Shown here: positions 1-12,349 of the stretch, one piece after another | Layout: every line of letters begins with the position of its first letter | How positions within the stretch are numbered: the stretch's first letter is position 1 | NCBI GenBank assembly: GCA_030704615.1 | Contig: CM060733.1 | Coordinates: 37,758,001-37,822,000 of the forward strand | Length of the DNA: 64,000 nt | DNA from: Takakia lepidozioides | Taxonomy: Eukaryota; Plantae; Bryophyta | Direction: 5' to 3' | Made by a program: the position numbers and the translations under genes | The notes under the pieces: generated by a model | What the model was told of the DNA's origin: nothing | What the model saw: only the letters and a program-made list of their open reading frames with translations | The model's database searches: none

Positions 1-1579
1 TCAGTGGCACGAAGGGCTCTAGTGCTTAGTCAAATATTACTAGCATATATTTGGTTCTCGGCTTTGGTATGGTCCCCAAGTTCAAAGCTAGTCGTCAAGA
101 TTAAAGCTTTCAGAAGATGATCTTTAAGATCACAACGACTGTGTTGAAAATTGATGATGTAATGGAAGCTTACTCTTTATTGCTGGGTCGACCATGGCTG
201 AAACAGGCCAGGGTATTCCATGACTGGAATTCCCAGTTACTGACTGTGCATGATGGGAAGCACAAGATACAGATCACCACTAAGAAATCTGGTAGGCTAC
301 CTGCTACTCGGAGACCTCGTGGAGTCAGAGTGTATGACTGGAGGGGAGGGCTTGATGAGGAGCAGGAAGCTACTCTGTTTGCTGCACACCTAGAGTAGGA
401 GCAGGTTGCAAAAATGCAACTGGGAGGCCTGAGTTGCTTTAAAGGTATATGTTGTGGTGCAGTAACAACAACATCAATTGAGGGGGAAACAAGCAGTTAC
501 CCACCACATTTCTATGAAGAAAGAGAGGGAGAAATAGAAATCCTAGAGGAACCAGCCAATGTGAGTTTACAGGATGAAGTAGTGGCTGGATGGACAATCA
601 CAGCTGAAGAGCAGGTGAGAGAAGTGAATGCGGGAACTGAGGAGGAACCAAGAATGGTGAAAGTTGGGGCTGACTTGGAGCCATAATTCTTTGAGAAAGC
701 TAAGAACATGTTTATCAAATACAAAGATGTATTTGCTTGGAGCTATGAAGATCTGAAAGGGATACCACCTGAGATCTGCCAGCATAAGATTGAACTGGAA
801 CCAGGGTCAGTACCAATCAAACATGCAAGGTACAGGATGAATCCCAACTATGCACAGAAGGTTGGGGAGGAGATTAAGAAGTTGGCTGAGGCTAAGTTCA
901 TATACCCGATAGAGTATATATCACCCATTGTGATAGTTCCCAAGAAGAATAGCAAACTGAGAGTTTGTGTGAACTATAAGAAGTTGAATGATTGTACAAA
1001 GAAAGATCCATTTCCTTTGCCATTCACAGAAGCTGTACTGGACACTGTGGCAGGCCATGAGATGTACTCATTCATGGATGGCTTCAGTGGGTATAACCAA
1101 GTGCAAGTAGCTGAAGAAAGACTGCTTTCATCACTGCTTATGCATATAAAGTCATGCCTTTTGGACTTTATAATGCACTAGCAACTTTCCAGAAAATGAT
1201 AAATGAATCTTTCTATGAGTATTTGGATGATTTCATGCAAGTGTTCTTAGATGACTTCAGTGTGTACAGCTCTAAGAATGAGCACTTGCGGAAGTTGGAA
1301 TTATGTTTGGCCAGATGCAGGATGAGAGGTCTTGGGTTGAATCCAGAAAAGTGTACTTTCTGTGTGAATTCAGGGGTACTACTGGGACACATTGTGTATA
1401 AGAAGAGACTGCTTGTGGATCCTAGAAAGACTGAGGCCATTAAAGAATCCCCACCACCAGTAAATGTTAAGGCTCTAAGGAGATTCCTTGGACAAACCAG
1501 CTATTACAGAAGGTTTGTCAGACGGTATGCACAGATGGCAGCACCATTGAGCAAGCTTTTGAAGAAGGATGCAGTGTAA
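1..1579 (+). mobile_element. Ty3/gypsy (non-chromovirus) LTR-retrotransposon pol fragment: protease end, RT, start of the RT-RNaseH connection; degenerate
   Basis: ORFs 117-398 (LLLGRPWL), 708-1181 (DVFAWSYEDLKGIPPEICQHKIEL, KKDPFPLPF, FMDGFSGYNQ) and 1154-1579 (MPFGL, FLDDF, LRRFLG..YYRRFV); stops and frameshifts; ends abruptly at 1579. Confidence 0.92.
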
Positions 1580-4017
1580 CTTCCTCTGGGGGGCCACGCC
1601 GACTTCCCCCACTAAAAGAGCGCTGGTCTGTTGGTCCTAGCTCTGCAATCCCCGAAAAGAAGGTGGTCTTGGGATTATAGACCCGGCCCTGCAGATTGTT
1701 GCGTTCCTAGCTAAATGGGTTCCCAGGGTTCTACGTTATGGAAACAGTCCATGGTGCTTACTGGTAAGAGAACATCTAGTACAAGCAGTGCCCTCCACTT
1801 CCAATTCTTGGGCTCATTCCTTGAAATGGCTTGTCCAGGGGCCTTGCAAAACCAAAGGCAAAGGCTCTGATGCCTGGAACTCCATTTGGGCTGCTTGGAA
1901 TGCTTTCAAACCACATCTGGCCCAAAAAAAGCCCATGTGTTTTGAGGAAGCTGTGCGCCAACCATTATTTGGAAATCGGAACTTAGGACATGTGCCCCTG
2001 ACTGTTCTAAGCAAAAAATGGGCAACCTTGGAATCTAAGGGGCTTTCACATGTGGCAAATGTGTGGGAGAATGGAGAATTTCTTGACCCTGCTGCTGTCA
2101 TCCTCCTCTATTCGTAGCGGGTGGGAGCACGTCAAACAGGGAGTCATGAATATTCTACCTCTCTTAACAGGCGATGGATGCAATGGCAGTACCCTCCCTT
2201 GTTGGTTTGGCAGTTACAGGGAAAACGTGCCCATAGCCCTCTTGGCTGTTGAATCCAGAGATGACCAGTGGCTTGGCCTTGTCTTCCACTCCTTCGAGGC
2301 CTTCTTTCGCTCCAAGGCTCAGGGCAGCTCCATCATGGAGAGGCCTTTAAGATTAGAGTGTTTGAGACTCTCACAGGTAAGCCTGATCCCAAGCCCCCAC
2401 CTGGTCAAGAGCTCTGCTGGGCATCCAGGACGCCACTGCTTTGGTTCCTGCATTTCCCTTTGAGCAGATTACAAGTAGACCCAGGAGAATGGACTTGGAA
2501 AAACACCTCCAATACTCCATTTTTGGGCTACACGGTCAAAACAGGCTATAAACTACTGCTTGGGAAACAAGATTTTAAGTCTAAATGGAACGGGAAATGG
2601 TCTTTGCAGTTGCAAGACCAAGGATAGAGTAGCGTTTGGAAGGACATATGGGCAAAGCATAGATCTGCCAAAATCAGTGTTTTTTTGTGGAAAATTGCCA
2701 ACAAGATCCTCCCAGTAACTATCTCCATACCTGATATAGACCCAGCCTGCAAATCATGCCAGAATGGAAGAAGTGAAATGATAGAGCACTGTTTGATTCA
2801 CTGTCCGGTTTCTGCCTGGGTGTGGCACTATGTCAGGAATTTCTTTTCTAATTGGGGGATTCTACCCTCTTTAGCTCCGACCCTTCTGCTACTCAATCTG
2901 CACAATGTTTCTTCATGGTCCAATTGCCCAGTATGGATGACCCTTAGAGCTCTCTCTCTCTGGTCTATATGGAAGGCTAGATGCTCCTTAGTTTTTTAGG
3001 GAAAATGCCCCAATGTCAGATCCATTCTCTGCAAAATATATGTGGATTTGATGATTGAGGGCAAAAAAGCATGGATGACTTTGATTGCAGCAGCCAGCAG
3101 GTGTAGTGAAGGAAGGTGCCAACAGCTATACTCGGACTTCGATCTTTCCTGGGCAAAATGCAACACCCTGTGCACTAGGCTATCGGAATCCAGAGTCCAA
3201 TGGAATGACGACATCCCCCGGGATTGGCAAATCGCCAGCTGACTCCGAAGCGCCAGACATATATTGGCGACATCAGAAACTGAGCTCCTCGAAATCAAAA
3301 GCGCATCTGGATTTTGGGAGTGGCAGCCAGTAGTGTGCCTCAGAAAGTGGGCGCAATAGGACCAGACAGTTTAGTAATCTGGACAGTTGCCTATCTGCGT
3401 AGATGAAGCTTTTGAACCTAAATGCTTTCTGCGCTAGTCTTTTCTCCTCGTGATCTTGTTTTGTGAAAGTTGTCACTTATCTCCTAGTTCTACTAGGCGG
3501 ACTTATCCAGCTTCTCCCCCTCGTCCCTAGATGCTCTGGGTGTTCCCCATGCCATAGGGTAAAACACCCTATGACCGTTCACCTCATAATTGCTTGGGTC
3601 AGGCCTGCATGAGCGACCATGGCTGGGCCCAAGTTTTACCACTTGGCAAACAGCTGTTTGATAGAACCCCCAAGAAATATGAGTGGTCATAGGGCTCAAA
3701 CTTCACACAAGCATTCGGATTGGTTCAACTTTGAAACCCCATAATTTTGTGTGGATTTCATGAAATCATGCACTTCCAAATGTGTTGGGATGCCCTAGAT
3801 GTGGGGGCATCTTATCAATTTATCCAGGGTAAAAACGACAAAAATTCACCGTTAGATCTTCCGCCATCTTTAGATGAACGGTCATAGGGTGTTCTACCCT
3901 ACGCCTTCACGGCATTCCTGGAGGTTATTTTTTCCTCCGCGGTGTTCTCCCCCTTTTTTTGATTAATAAAATTCCCCAGGGCCATTGTCCCCTGTTAGGA
4001 AAAAAAAGAAAAAAAAA
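1580..4017 (+). mobile_element. 5'-truncated L1-type LINE (ORF2 C-terminal part with zf-RVT, 3' UTR, poly-A tail), degenerate
   Basis: FLWG...KEGGLG-type segment at 1580-1680; FLWKIANKILP..C..C...E.IEHCLIHC and LWSIWKARC in 2685-2999; AATAAA near 3965 and A-tract 4000-4017; paralogous to the LINE at 49384-55850. Confidence 0.85.
3557..3899. mobile_element. MITE copy 1 (about 343 bp, ~25-bp TIRs, TA-flanked), inserted in the LINE 3' UTR
   Basis: TA|GGGTAAAACACCCTATGACCGTTCA ... TGAACGGTCATAGGGTGTTCTACCC|TA; near-identical inverted copy at 22628-22996. Confidence 0.93.
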
Positions 4018-5842
4018 GGCAAGTCTTTTATAGATTGTTTTTTAGCCTAGCTAGAACTATATAATAACAAGCTCGGGGTGAACCACAGAGTAGTTGTTTA
4101 AATGACACACTCTAGCTTGTGGTGGTTCTAAGGTTGGGTGGTGAGCTTCTATTCACAAAGCGTTTTTCAGGTCCCAGGCTTATTTTTCTACAAGGGGTTG
4201 CTTTGTGAAGCTACGCAGCCGAAGCAGAAATCCAAATTTTGGGCTCTCAAAACTCACTTGCATGTCTTCCGGAGTGGCAACTCTGCAAGTGCTAGTTTCG
4301 TCGACGCCTATGGCTGCGGTTGTAAACATTCATGGTTTGGCTTCGTTTAAGCAGCTTAGTTGGAGAAGGGATTTACGAGAAAGAGACGAATTACTTGGGC
4401 GGTGAGCGCACAATCTTCTATGTCTGGTCCTGTACATTCATTCAAGGAGTTTGTATTGGTAGCGGATGCTAGAAACTCCAAGTTCCTTACGGCCGCAGGT
4501 GGCAGACACACACCCCAATTGCGGTGCTTCGAGTTGCAGGGGAGTTCCTTCTAGGAACTAAAATCTTTAGTTCTGCTAAAGGAGTTGCCGGTGGGGACGA
4601 AGACGAAGGTCCTGAACGATGATACAGGATTGATCCCCTCAATGCTGCAGAATTACGGATTCGAGCAAATCCATGATCTCAATCATGCATTACGTCATTG
4701 CAGGCAAGGTGAGTCATTTGACAGTCATACTTGGTATCCACCTCCAATTTGCTTGGGCCTTCCAGCCTAGGGAGATTGTAAAATCAATAGCGTCTTCATT
4801 TTTTTTAATTCATGCTCGACTCTGCAAGGATTAGTTCTCCTAATATTGTTCCGTCTTCGGTTAGGAGGGGCATTTGGTGGGGTCATAAGTGGGTCATCGA
4901 ATGTAGCAACTGTTTCCGGGGGTCGCAACAAACTTCCTGGCTTGTTTTTCTTGGGAGTTTTTCCCCCAAGCTGATTCCTGTTTTCATTAGATCTTGATAG
5001 TTGTTTCCCGCATTTAAATTTGGACCTCATAGGGTGACTGTTGGTTATCAGCAACTGCAACTAATGTATGCATATCGACACTCTTAGAAAGACACTTTTT
5101 TGGTGCTGTGCTCTCATTCAAGGGCTTGCAAAACATCCAAGGCCTTCACCACTTTGGTCAAATGGTGCAGCCTTTGGGTTATTTACTCGGGGTAACAGTT
5201 TCTAGACACATTGGAATCTAGCGGTACTTTGGCATGATGTAAAAGATGGCCCATGATATTACAGGAAAGTTGTTTCTGGGTTTCTTTTCCTTTGCGAGAG
5301 GTGACTGGAAGATCACACTGATGTGGCACCTGCAGGTGTCGCGGAGGATTTGAATGTGGAAGGGTTTGATGTAGACTAGGTGGTGAGCTTGTCACTGCTC
5401 AGTTATGTGTATGCTTGTGACATACTGGTACACAGTCACAGATACATTGTCTTGTGGCCGCACGCAGTAAAGAATCTGCTCTGCAGCTTCTAGGGATGTT
5501 CATAAATCCACAGTTTTGTCTTTGTATGCTGCTAGGTCTTAAAATGGCAGTCGAGGGGGTAAAATTTCCTGTCCACATAGACAGTGGACTGCTTTGACTC
5601 GCAGCTGTATACAAGATTCTGTACGCAGCTTGTTGATGATTGTACCTTTAGGGGAAGCTCCTAGCCCTTCACTGATTGATGCATCACAGTTGTTAAGAGA
5701 CTGGATTGGTGTCGACCTTTTGCAGGATGGTGTATTGACAGTGTGGCTTGGGAGTTTAGGCCCATATGTTCTCAATAAGCAGACCCAAACTGGCAGATCT
5801 GGTTTTCATCTCCTGTTTTGTGTTTGTTCGGTTAGTGGCCCC

Positions 5843-5881
<39 letters not shown>
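5843..5881. repeat. Compound (GT)n(GA)n microsatellite
   Basis: gtgtgt... followed directly by gagaga... Confidence 0.95.
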
Positions 5882-5882
<1 letters not shown>

Positions 5883-6093
5883 TGGGCCTATGTGTGGGGA
5901 CTGTGAACATCAACTTAGAATTTTGTAGGTGCTTATGGTTTTTCTTTGTGCAAAATCTATTCCTTCAGCATAGCAAACATTAAATTGATATTGTCTACGG
6001 GGTTCTGCATGCAGTGGGCCAACCAGATTTGATTGGAATGGATCAAAGCACCGTCTCACAAAGGCTGAGTTATTGCCACTGTTGGAAGCAGAA

Positions 6094-6528
6094 TGATGAC
6101 GGAGGTTTTTGACCTCTTACTGCCTCTCTGTTTTTTCCTTTCCCTTTCAGGTAGCACACTCATATTTACTGGGGGTTGAAAATTGGAGGTTTGAGCCCTT
6201 TAGGATCAAGACATTTGTAGTGAGTCCCTCTTGCTACAAAATGGGGTTTCACCAGTCCAACCCAGTCTTATTGAGGAGGAAGGCGCAGTACGGCATTTCT
6301 TTCTTCTGTGCAGCCCCATCGCTCTCAAAGAAGATTGATGAAGGAGGTTTTTGACCTCTCACGGTCATTCTCCCTTTTTCTTCTCATTTCAGGTAGCACA
6401 TTCACATTTGTAGCAATAGACACTGACTGCAAATGTCTTGATCCTGAAGGGCTCAAACCTCTGATTTCCAACCCCGCTAGTCCAGCACCAATCTTATTGA
6501 CGAGGAAGGTGCAGTATGTTATTTCTTT
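6094..6528 (+). repeat. Tandem duplication (~200-bp units) whose central ~76 bp is inverted in one copy, giving a long inverted repeat; candidate hairpin RNA
   Basis: Shared direct flanks (tgatga.ggaggtttttgacctc...ttcaggtagcaca; tcttattga.gaggaagg.gcagta); 6168-6243 is the near reverse complement of 6405-6481. Confidence 0.85.
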
Positions 6529-9185
6529 GTGGTTTTGTTCCCAATGTGAGGGTGGGCAGTGGAGCCATGAGGGACCCAGTTTTTGTCCACGTGTTGAGCT
6601 CTTGACCGGAACATAGATCATGAATAAACTGTACCCAAAATCTTAACTTGGATTTGTGAGTACTGTTGTCATGACCTGGCTTGCAATGTGGAGATGCCTT
6701 AGACAACCATGTAATTGTTTTCCGGTAAAAGATCCTTTCATGCTTTCTCCAGGGGTTTTTTTCGAACTGCGACAATAAGCAAACATGTGGTCACAGGAAC
6801 TGCTACCAATTGGTGGAAGCCCTTTAGGCCCACCAATGGTTTTACTGAATTTGAAATTTCTCCAGACTTGTAAGGTGTTTGTTTGTGGTAGAAGTGTAAG
6901 GTCTTCATTTCTTTGGGGCCTGGCAGCTGCCTCGCAGGAGCTACAACAATTATCTGACAAACTGAGGGGCTTGAGACAGCTTGGTCAGTGAAGAAAGCTC
7001 ATTATTTAGACAATCAGTCTCCATGTGCTCAGCCATCCTGGTGGAAGTGAAGAACATGTAATTGGTGGAGAATAGAAACTGCTTTTGTCTACAATTGGTT
7101 TTAGATTTCCACCGCTGTAAGTGTGTTGTTTGTCTGTGACCATGTTGAAGGGAAAATCTTTCTGAAAACTTTCTTACTGGCTTGGCTCACCATCTGCAAA
7201 CTGAGCTGCTATAGGCATGAGAGATACAAAGCCTTTTATTTCCTTTGCAACGAGGATTATTTATACTTGTATCTACAGTGTTTCATGACATCATGGAATT
7301 TCATGGAAGGGTGACTTGCTTGTCTTCCCATATGAAACGATGGTCGGGAGCTAACCCAATTTGTCCAAACCGCCACTGCAAGGGAATGAAAGGGGTAATA
7401 TCTCACCACTCTCTGTAGAAAGCTCCATCACAGCTTTGGTTGAGCGCAGAAATCATGTCAACTCCTAGTTGCTCAACTCCGCATGATGAACTCATGCTCT
7501 ACCCTTCCTTTTAAGCTAAAGACCCACTAGGCGACAACTGGTGTGTGGGATCCATGGAGCTTGAGATTCCGTGCTTCTACACAAAGACACGAATGAATGT
7601 GGCCTAGAACATCCACAAACAGTGGCACACAAAATTATCTTCTCACGGTAAGCACCTGCGAGAATTGACGGCCCCGCTTTTATTAGCAGTCTCATAATAA
7701 TCATGCTGTGCCAAATTGCCTCGACCACCATGGCAAGGGTAACTGCAGATCTTCCTATATATTATTCCTTCCTGTTTATAGCACAGCCAGAGCTGGTCCA
7801 GTCCACCAGTCAGACCTTCATTCTATGATTGATGCAGACTTGTTCAGGAGTGTCCCGAGAATGCAACATTCTCGCACGTGAAGAAGCTCTTCCAAATCTT
7901 CTCCCAACCATTATTTTCTTACCCTCTACCTGATCTCCTCAGACCGAAGAAACAAAAAACCTGACTTGCATTTGCTCATCACTGATCCCCTCCACATCCT
8001 AACCAGACACAAACCCCCCTGTCAACCACGCAACGCAGTTGACGATGTGAACGACGACAAGCGATCGGACAAGCATCCCACTTGTCGTCATCAATGCACC
8101 AAGCCCTCCATCGCACCAAACAGTCCCCTTCCCTTTGTGGCCCAATTAATGCCTCTCCCTCAGCGCTGCTGCGACCACAGACCACACTCCACACTCCACC
8201 CTCGGACCTCCACCGGGTCCACCGAGTCCACCCCGCTCGCCTCGAGATCCCCTGCCCTCCATCGCGGGCGCCCGCGCTGGGCCCCCTCGCCCGCCATTAT
8301 AATACGCGCGCTGCCGTGTTGTTATCTGCCGCCTGACCTGGTCCGGCATGGGCCTCCCCACCCCCCTGACATTTCTTCCCCCTCCATCTCCTGGAGGGTC
8401 CCCCCTGGCCCTTTTCCTGTTCATCACCCACTTTCTCATCCATCCAGCCACCCTCACCGGCTCAGCCCGTTACCCGCAACCGCCGCTTGCATCCCTGTAT
8501 CCATCCATCCATCAATAACACCCACGTGCACGCTTCCCCCTAGGCGCAGTCTACCTGTCTGCGTAGCCGTATGGGACACGTCACCAGTAGGTATCTGGTT
8601 GTATTCTCGTACGCTCGGTACGTATATCATAGCTAGCTACATGGCACCTAGAAGCCGGTACATAACCGATAGAATACAGTACCGTGTACGTATTTGTGAT
8701 GTATTGTGTCTCCTACGTTGACCTGTCGACCGTACGACCAGGTGGCGGAGACGTTCTGGCAGCCTACCATTATTTGCGGCAGCTATGGAGTGGGTTAGTA
8801 GTGAGTGAGTTAGTAAATAATTGGTGGGAGTGAGTTAGTGGTGAGTTACTAAATGATTGGTGGTAGTAAGTTACTAGGGGGGGAAAAGGTGGCGACTGGG
8901 GAGGGCATGTGTTAGGTGTGGATAGGGGTCTGGCGCCCATTAAATGGATTTTGGCAGCTTTCTACCGTCTGCACTTGGACAGAATATTCTGATCCCGTCT
9001 GGTATTCTGCTTAACGAACTGGACTGACGACTGTCCTCTCTGATAGCGTTACGGAGATTGATCATCACCGTCCTCATTGCGGTGCCGTCGCTGCCTGCAT
9101 GCATGCTCTGCCTAATTCGGGACGGATTGTGTTATATTACGCCCCGCTTACATCAATTGCGATAACAATTCCGCCCTCATGGTTT

Positions 9186-9279
9186 CCGGTTCGCTCTCAT
9201 TTGTCGTTACAAATTTGGAGTCCAAATTGAGCTCCGGTTCGCTCTCATGTTGTTGTTACAAATTTGGAGTCCAAATTGA
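9186..9279. repeat. Short tandem duplication (~48 bp x2)
   Basis: ccggttcgctctcat..ttgt.gttacaaatttggagtccaaattga occurs twice. Confidence 0.85.
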
Positions 9280-11074
9280 ACATTCATAATCAAATAATGT
9301 TTTGAAAAAGTAAGAGGGTGTATTTCATTTAATTTTCAATAGTGGTGGTGCAATGGAGGGTGGGTGAAGGGGCGAAGTGAGTGTACCTGCAGATCACTGC
9401 AAAATCTTTGGGGGCTACTGAGCAGAGTTAAGGAGAGGTGAGGTATGTAGGTAAGGAGGTGGTGACCGTGGTTAAGTTAGGTCAAGGCAGGACACAAGTC
9501 CTAAAAGCTTGCAATCTGCAAGGCCTGGATTTCATCCATTACTGCCATTGTTTATTGTGTAATTTATTTTTTAAAAGCCTGTTATGCTGCTGCGGCACAT
9601 CATTTGCAGGATTTGGCAATCGAGTACAGGTACACAATATGTGTTTTATTTTTCCATTTGTATTCAAAGGAATATAGTCGCCTTTCCTTTTTTGGAAAAT
9701 TAGAATTTAGAATCAACTAATCATGGATCTGACCCTGAAAATTTATGAGATCTTCATTCTTTATTTTATTTATCCACCGTTGCACAATGTCAACACTTGC
9801 CCAATAGCCACGTATTCTGGTTTGGCTGCATAGCATTTACTTTTTAACATTTAAATAATAAAACTTGTTAACATATATATCATATTTACATGATATAATA
9901 ATTCGCTGTACCGTCAGCTTGATGAATTTGAACATTATTCTGGATTAGTCAGACATAGTTTGAAGCAGAGGTAATGATTGTCATTCATTCTGCACAGATC
10001 CACAAATGATTTCCACATTTTATTCAAATCTCAGATTGGGAATAAATGGAAATCTCTGTTGTAAGGAATCTGATCTAGAGTTCCATAAAACAATTCTTAA
10101 AAAAATAAAAATAAAAATATTATTACATTTCTCATCATGATATCCTCAGTCAGATGTGGCTTAATGACCTTATTCACATGTGATAAATAATTAAATAAAG
10201 AGGCTGCTACTTAGAAAGGTACTAATGGAGAGAAAAAGTGAAAAAGTGAATTAATAAATAAAAAAGGGTTGAAACAAGTTAAAGAAAAAGAAAAAAGAAG
10301 TTATGCGTGACATGGAACAACAAAGCCATCCCTAATTAGTTAATTTTTATGGGGGGTGCAGAGGTATAAGTGGACGGAGGGTGTCCCATGGAGCTCGTGG
10401 CGACGCCTCACTAATCACCTCACTAAACACTAACTGTAACTCTCTAGTACCTAATCCACAACTAGTGACTAACCCGGCACCCAACATAGTAAAGCACTGC
10501 AAAAGTAACTAATCCCGCAGTTTTTAACGCTTTCTTTCAAACTTTTCGTACTAAGTAACCACCTGTATTTACTCAGGGTACTCTAATGGCGTTTAGGAGT
10601 GGTTGATTACCGCAGCTAAACTACTGAAGGGTGCGGATAATACTCTTCGGAGCTTGGAATCGATGGATGTAGTGGAGTTAGATGGATGAGAAGAGCATGT
10701 GCTGGCACGCAGACCTTTGCAGGCCCCTATTTAATTCCGATCAGTTCATCCACGTAAGTCATTCGTAGGTAAAGTTCCGCCCCTCATCCATCCACAGTAC
10801 ACTCCGTCGACGAATGTTGAGCATTCATTCATCAGGCGATGGCGAAACAGAATGGGATGAATGCGGGAGACTAATTAGCCCTAATTATGAGAGCAACGGC
10901 ATTGAAATGATAAGACGGTCGTTGGGCGGCGCGCCAGCTCGTGCAGACCCCATCAGCGTGCCCTAATTATGGGCCCTAACCCACCACCCTTTGCATTCTC
11001 GTACTTGCCTTCCCATGTTGCTCTTGCCCAAGTCAACTTAGCCGGCCTTTATTATTAGGCTTCCTATTATTCAA

Positions 11075-12000
11075 TAACAACAATTAGGGTTTCCCGGTAA
11101 TTGGACTGACGGATGTCGTAGAAGAAGAAGAAAAGATGTCGATAACTCCCACCATCATCCGTCCAACCTTTTTTTTCGAATAATGTTCCATACGATTCCG
11201 TCAACAATTAGGGTTTCCTGGGAATTGGATGCCGTGGAACCCTTTCTTTTTGTTGTTGTTTTTGAAAAGGAAACACCTGGGGGAGATAGCTCACAAATCA
11301 TGTCAAAGAAGAAGAAGAAAAGATGTCCATAACTCCCACCATCATCCGTCCAACCTTTTTTTTGGAATAATATTCCATACGATTCGGTCAACAATTAGGG
11401 TTTCCTTGGAATTGGATTCCGTGGAACCCTTTGTTTTTGTTGTTGTTTTCGAAAAGGAAACACCTGGGGGAGACAGCTCACAAATCAGAAGAAGAAAAGA
11501 TGTCGAACCATCATCCGTCCAACCTTTTTTTATTGAATAATATTCCATACGACTCCGTCAACAATTAGGGTTTCCTGGGAATTGGATTTGTTGTTGTTTT
11601 AGAATGGGAAACACCTGGGGGAGATAGCTCACAAATCAGGCCCCTTCATTACAGTGAGAGGAAAAACTAACCTCTTTCCAAATACGCGCACATGAGGATA
11701 TTACCAAGCCCAGAATCACTCAGGGTGGCAAACAGTACACTATCAAACTGAGGTAGTCCATTTTTTCGAATCAAGTTCCATTCGATTTTGTCAACAATTA
11801 GGGTTTCCCGATAATCCGATTGACGTCGATAACTACAGTACCATCATCATCCATCGAACCCTTTGAGATCGGATTGACCTCGATAACTACTATCATCGTC
11901 CGTCCAAACCTTCTATTGAATATAATTCTATACGATTCCCCCAACAATTAGGGTTTCCCAGTATAGATGTCGAGAACTACCATTATCATCCGTGGAACCC
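11075..12000. repeat. Tandem repeat array (~125-230-bp units), each unit carrying a telo-box, upstream of the ARF gene
   Basis: caacaattagggtttcc (reverse complement of AAACCCTAAT) at 11083, 11207, 11394, 11564, 11797 and 11947; shared ccatcatccgtccaacc and ttccatacgattc blocks. Confidence 0.9.
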
Positions 12001-12349
12001 GACCGACCAACGTGCCGGAGCCGACTAAGATTCTTCCCTCGGATGCGTGCGTACTCGTATCGGCCCATGGTTCCGGACTGTGTTCTTGTGAATCGCACCT
12101 CCGAATTCCGCTCGCTCCGCTTCTGGATGTTGGGAAGAAACGGATAAATCGTGCTTGGGGCTGGCAGATGAATGTAAGCGATGGATAGATGGATGGATAG
12201 AAAACGGCTGGCTCGTCCACCACGTGCGGTAATGCTCACAGTAATCTCGCTGCGAGTGTGACTCGTGCCGTGTGGACGGGGGTGTTGTGGAGCTGGCTAC
12301 GACTGAACGACGACGATGACCGGCAACCGGCTGCGGGTCGGTAGGGGGA

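Noticed and set aside
6094-6345. C-box-like TGATGA at the start of both duplicated units (snoRNA pair)
   Set aside because: No matching conserved D-box or terminal stem in both copies
7966-8721. 251-aa ORF
   Set aside because: Non-ATG start, Pro/Ser/His low complexity from C-rich DNA, no recognisable domain or exon structure
11948-12223. ADTSTH peptide resembling the ARF B3 motif SDTSTHGG
   Set aside because: Opposite strand to the ARF gene and no surrounding B3 residues; chance match
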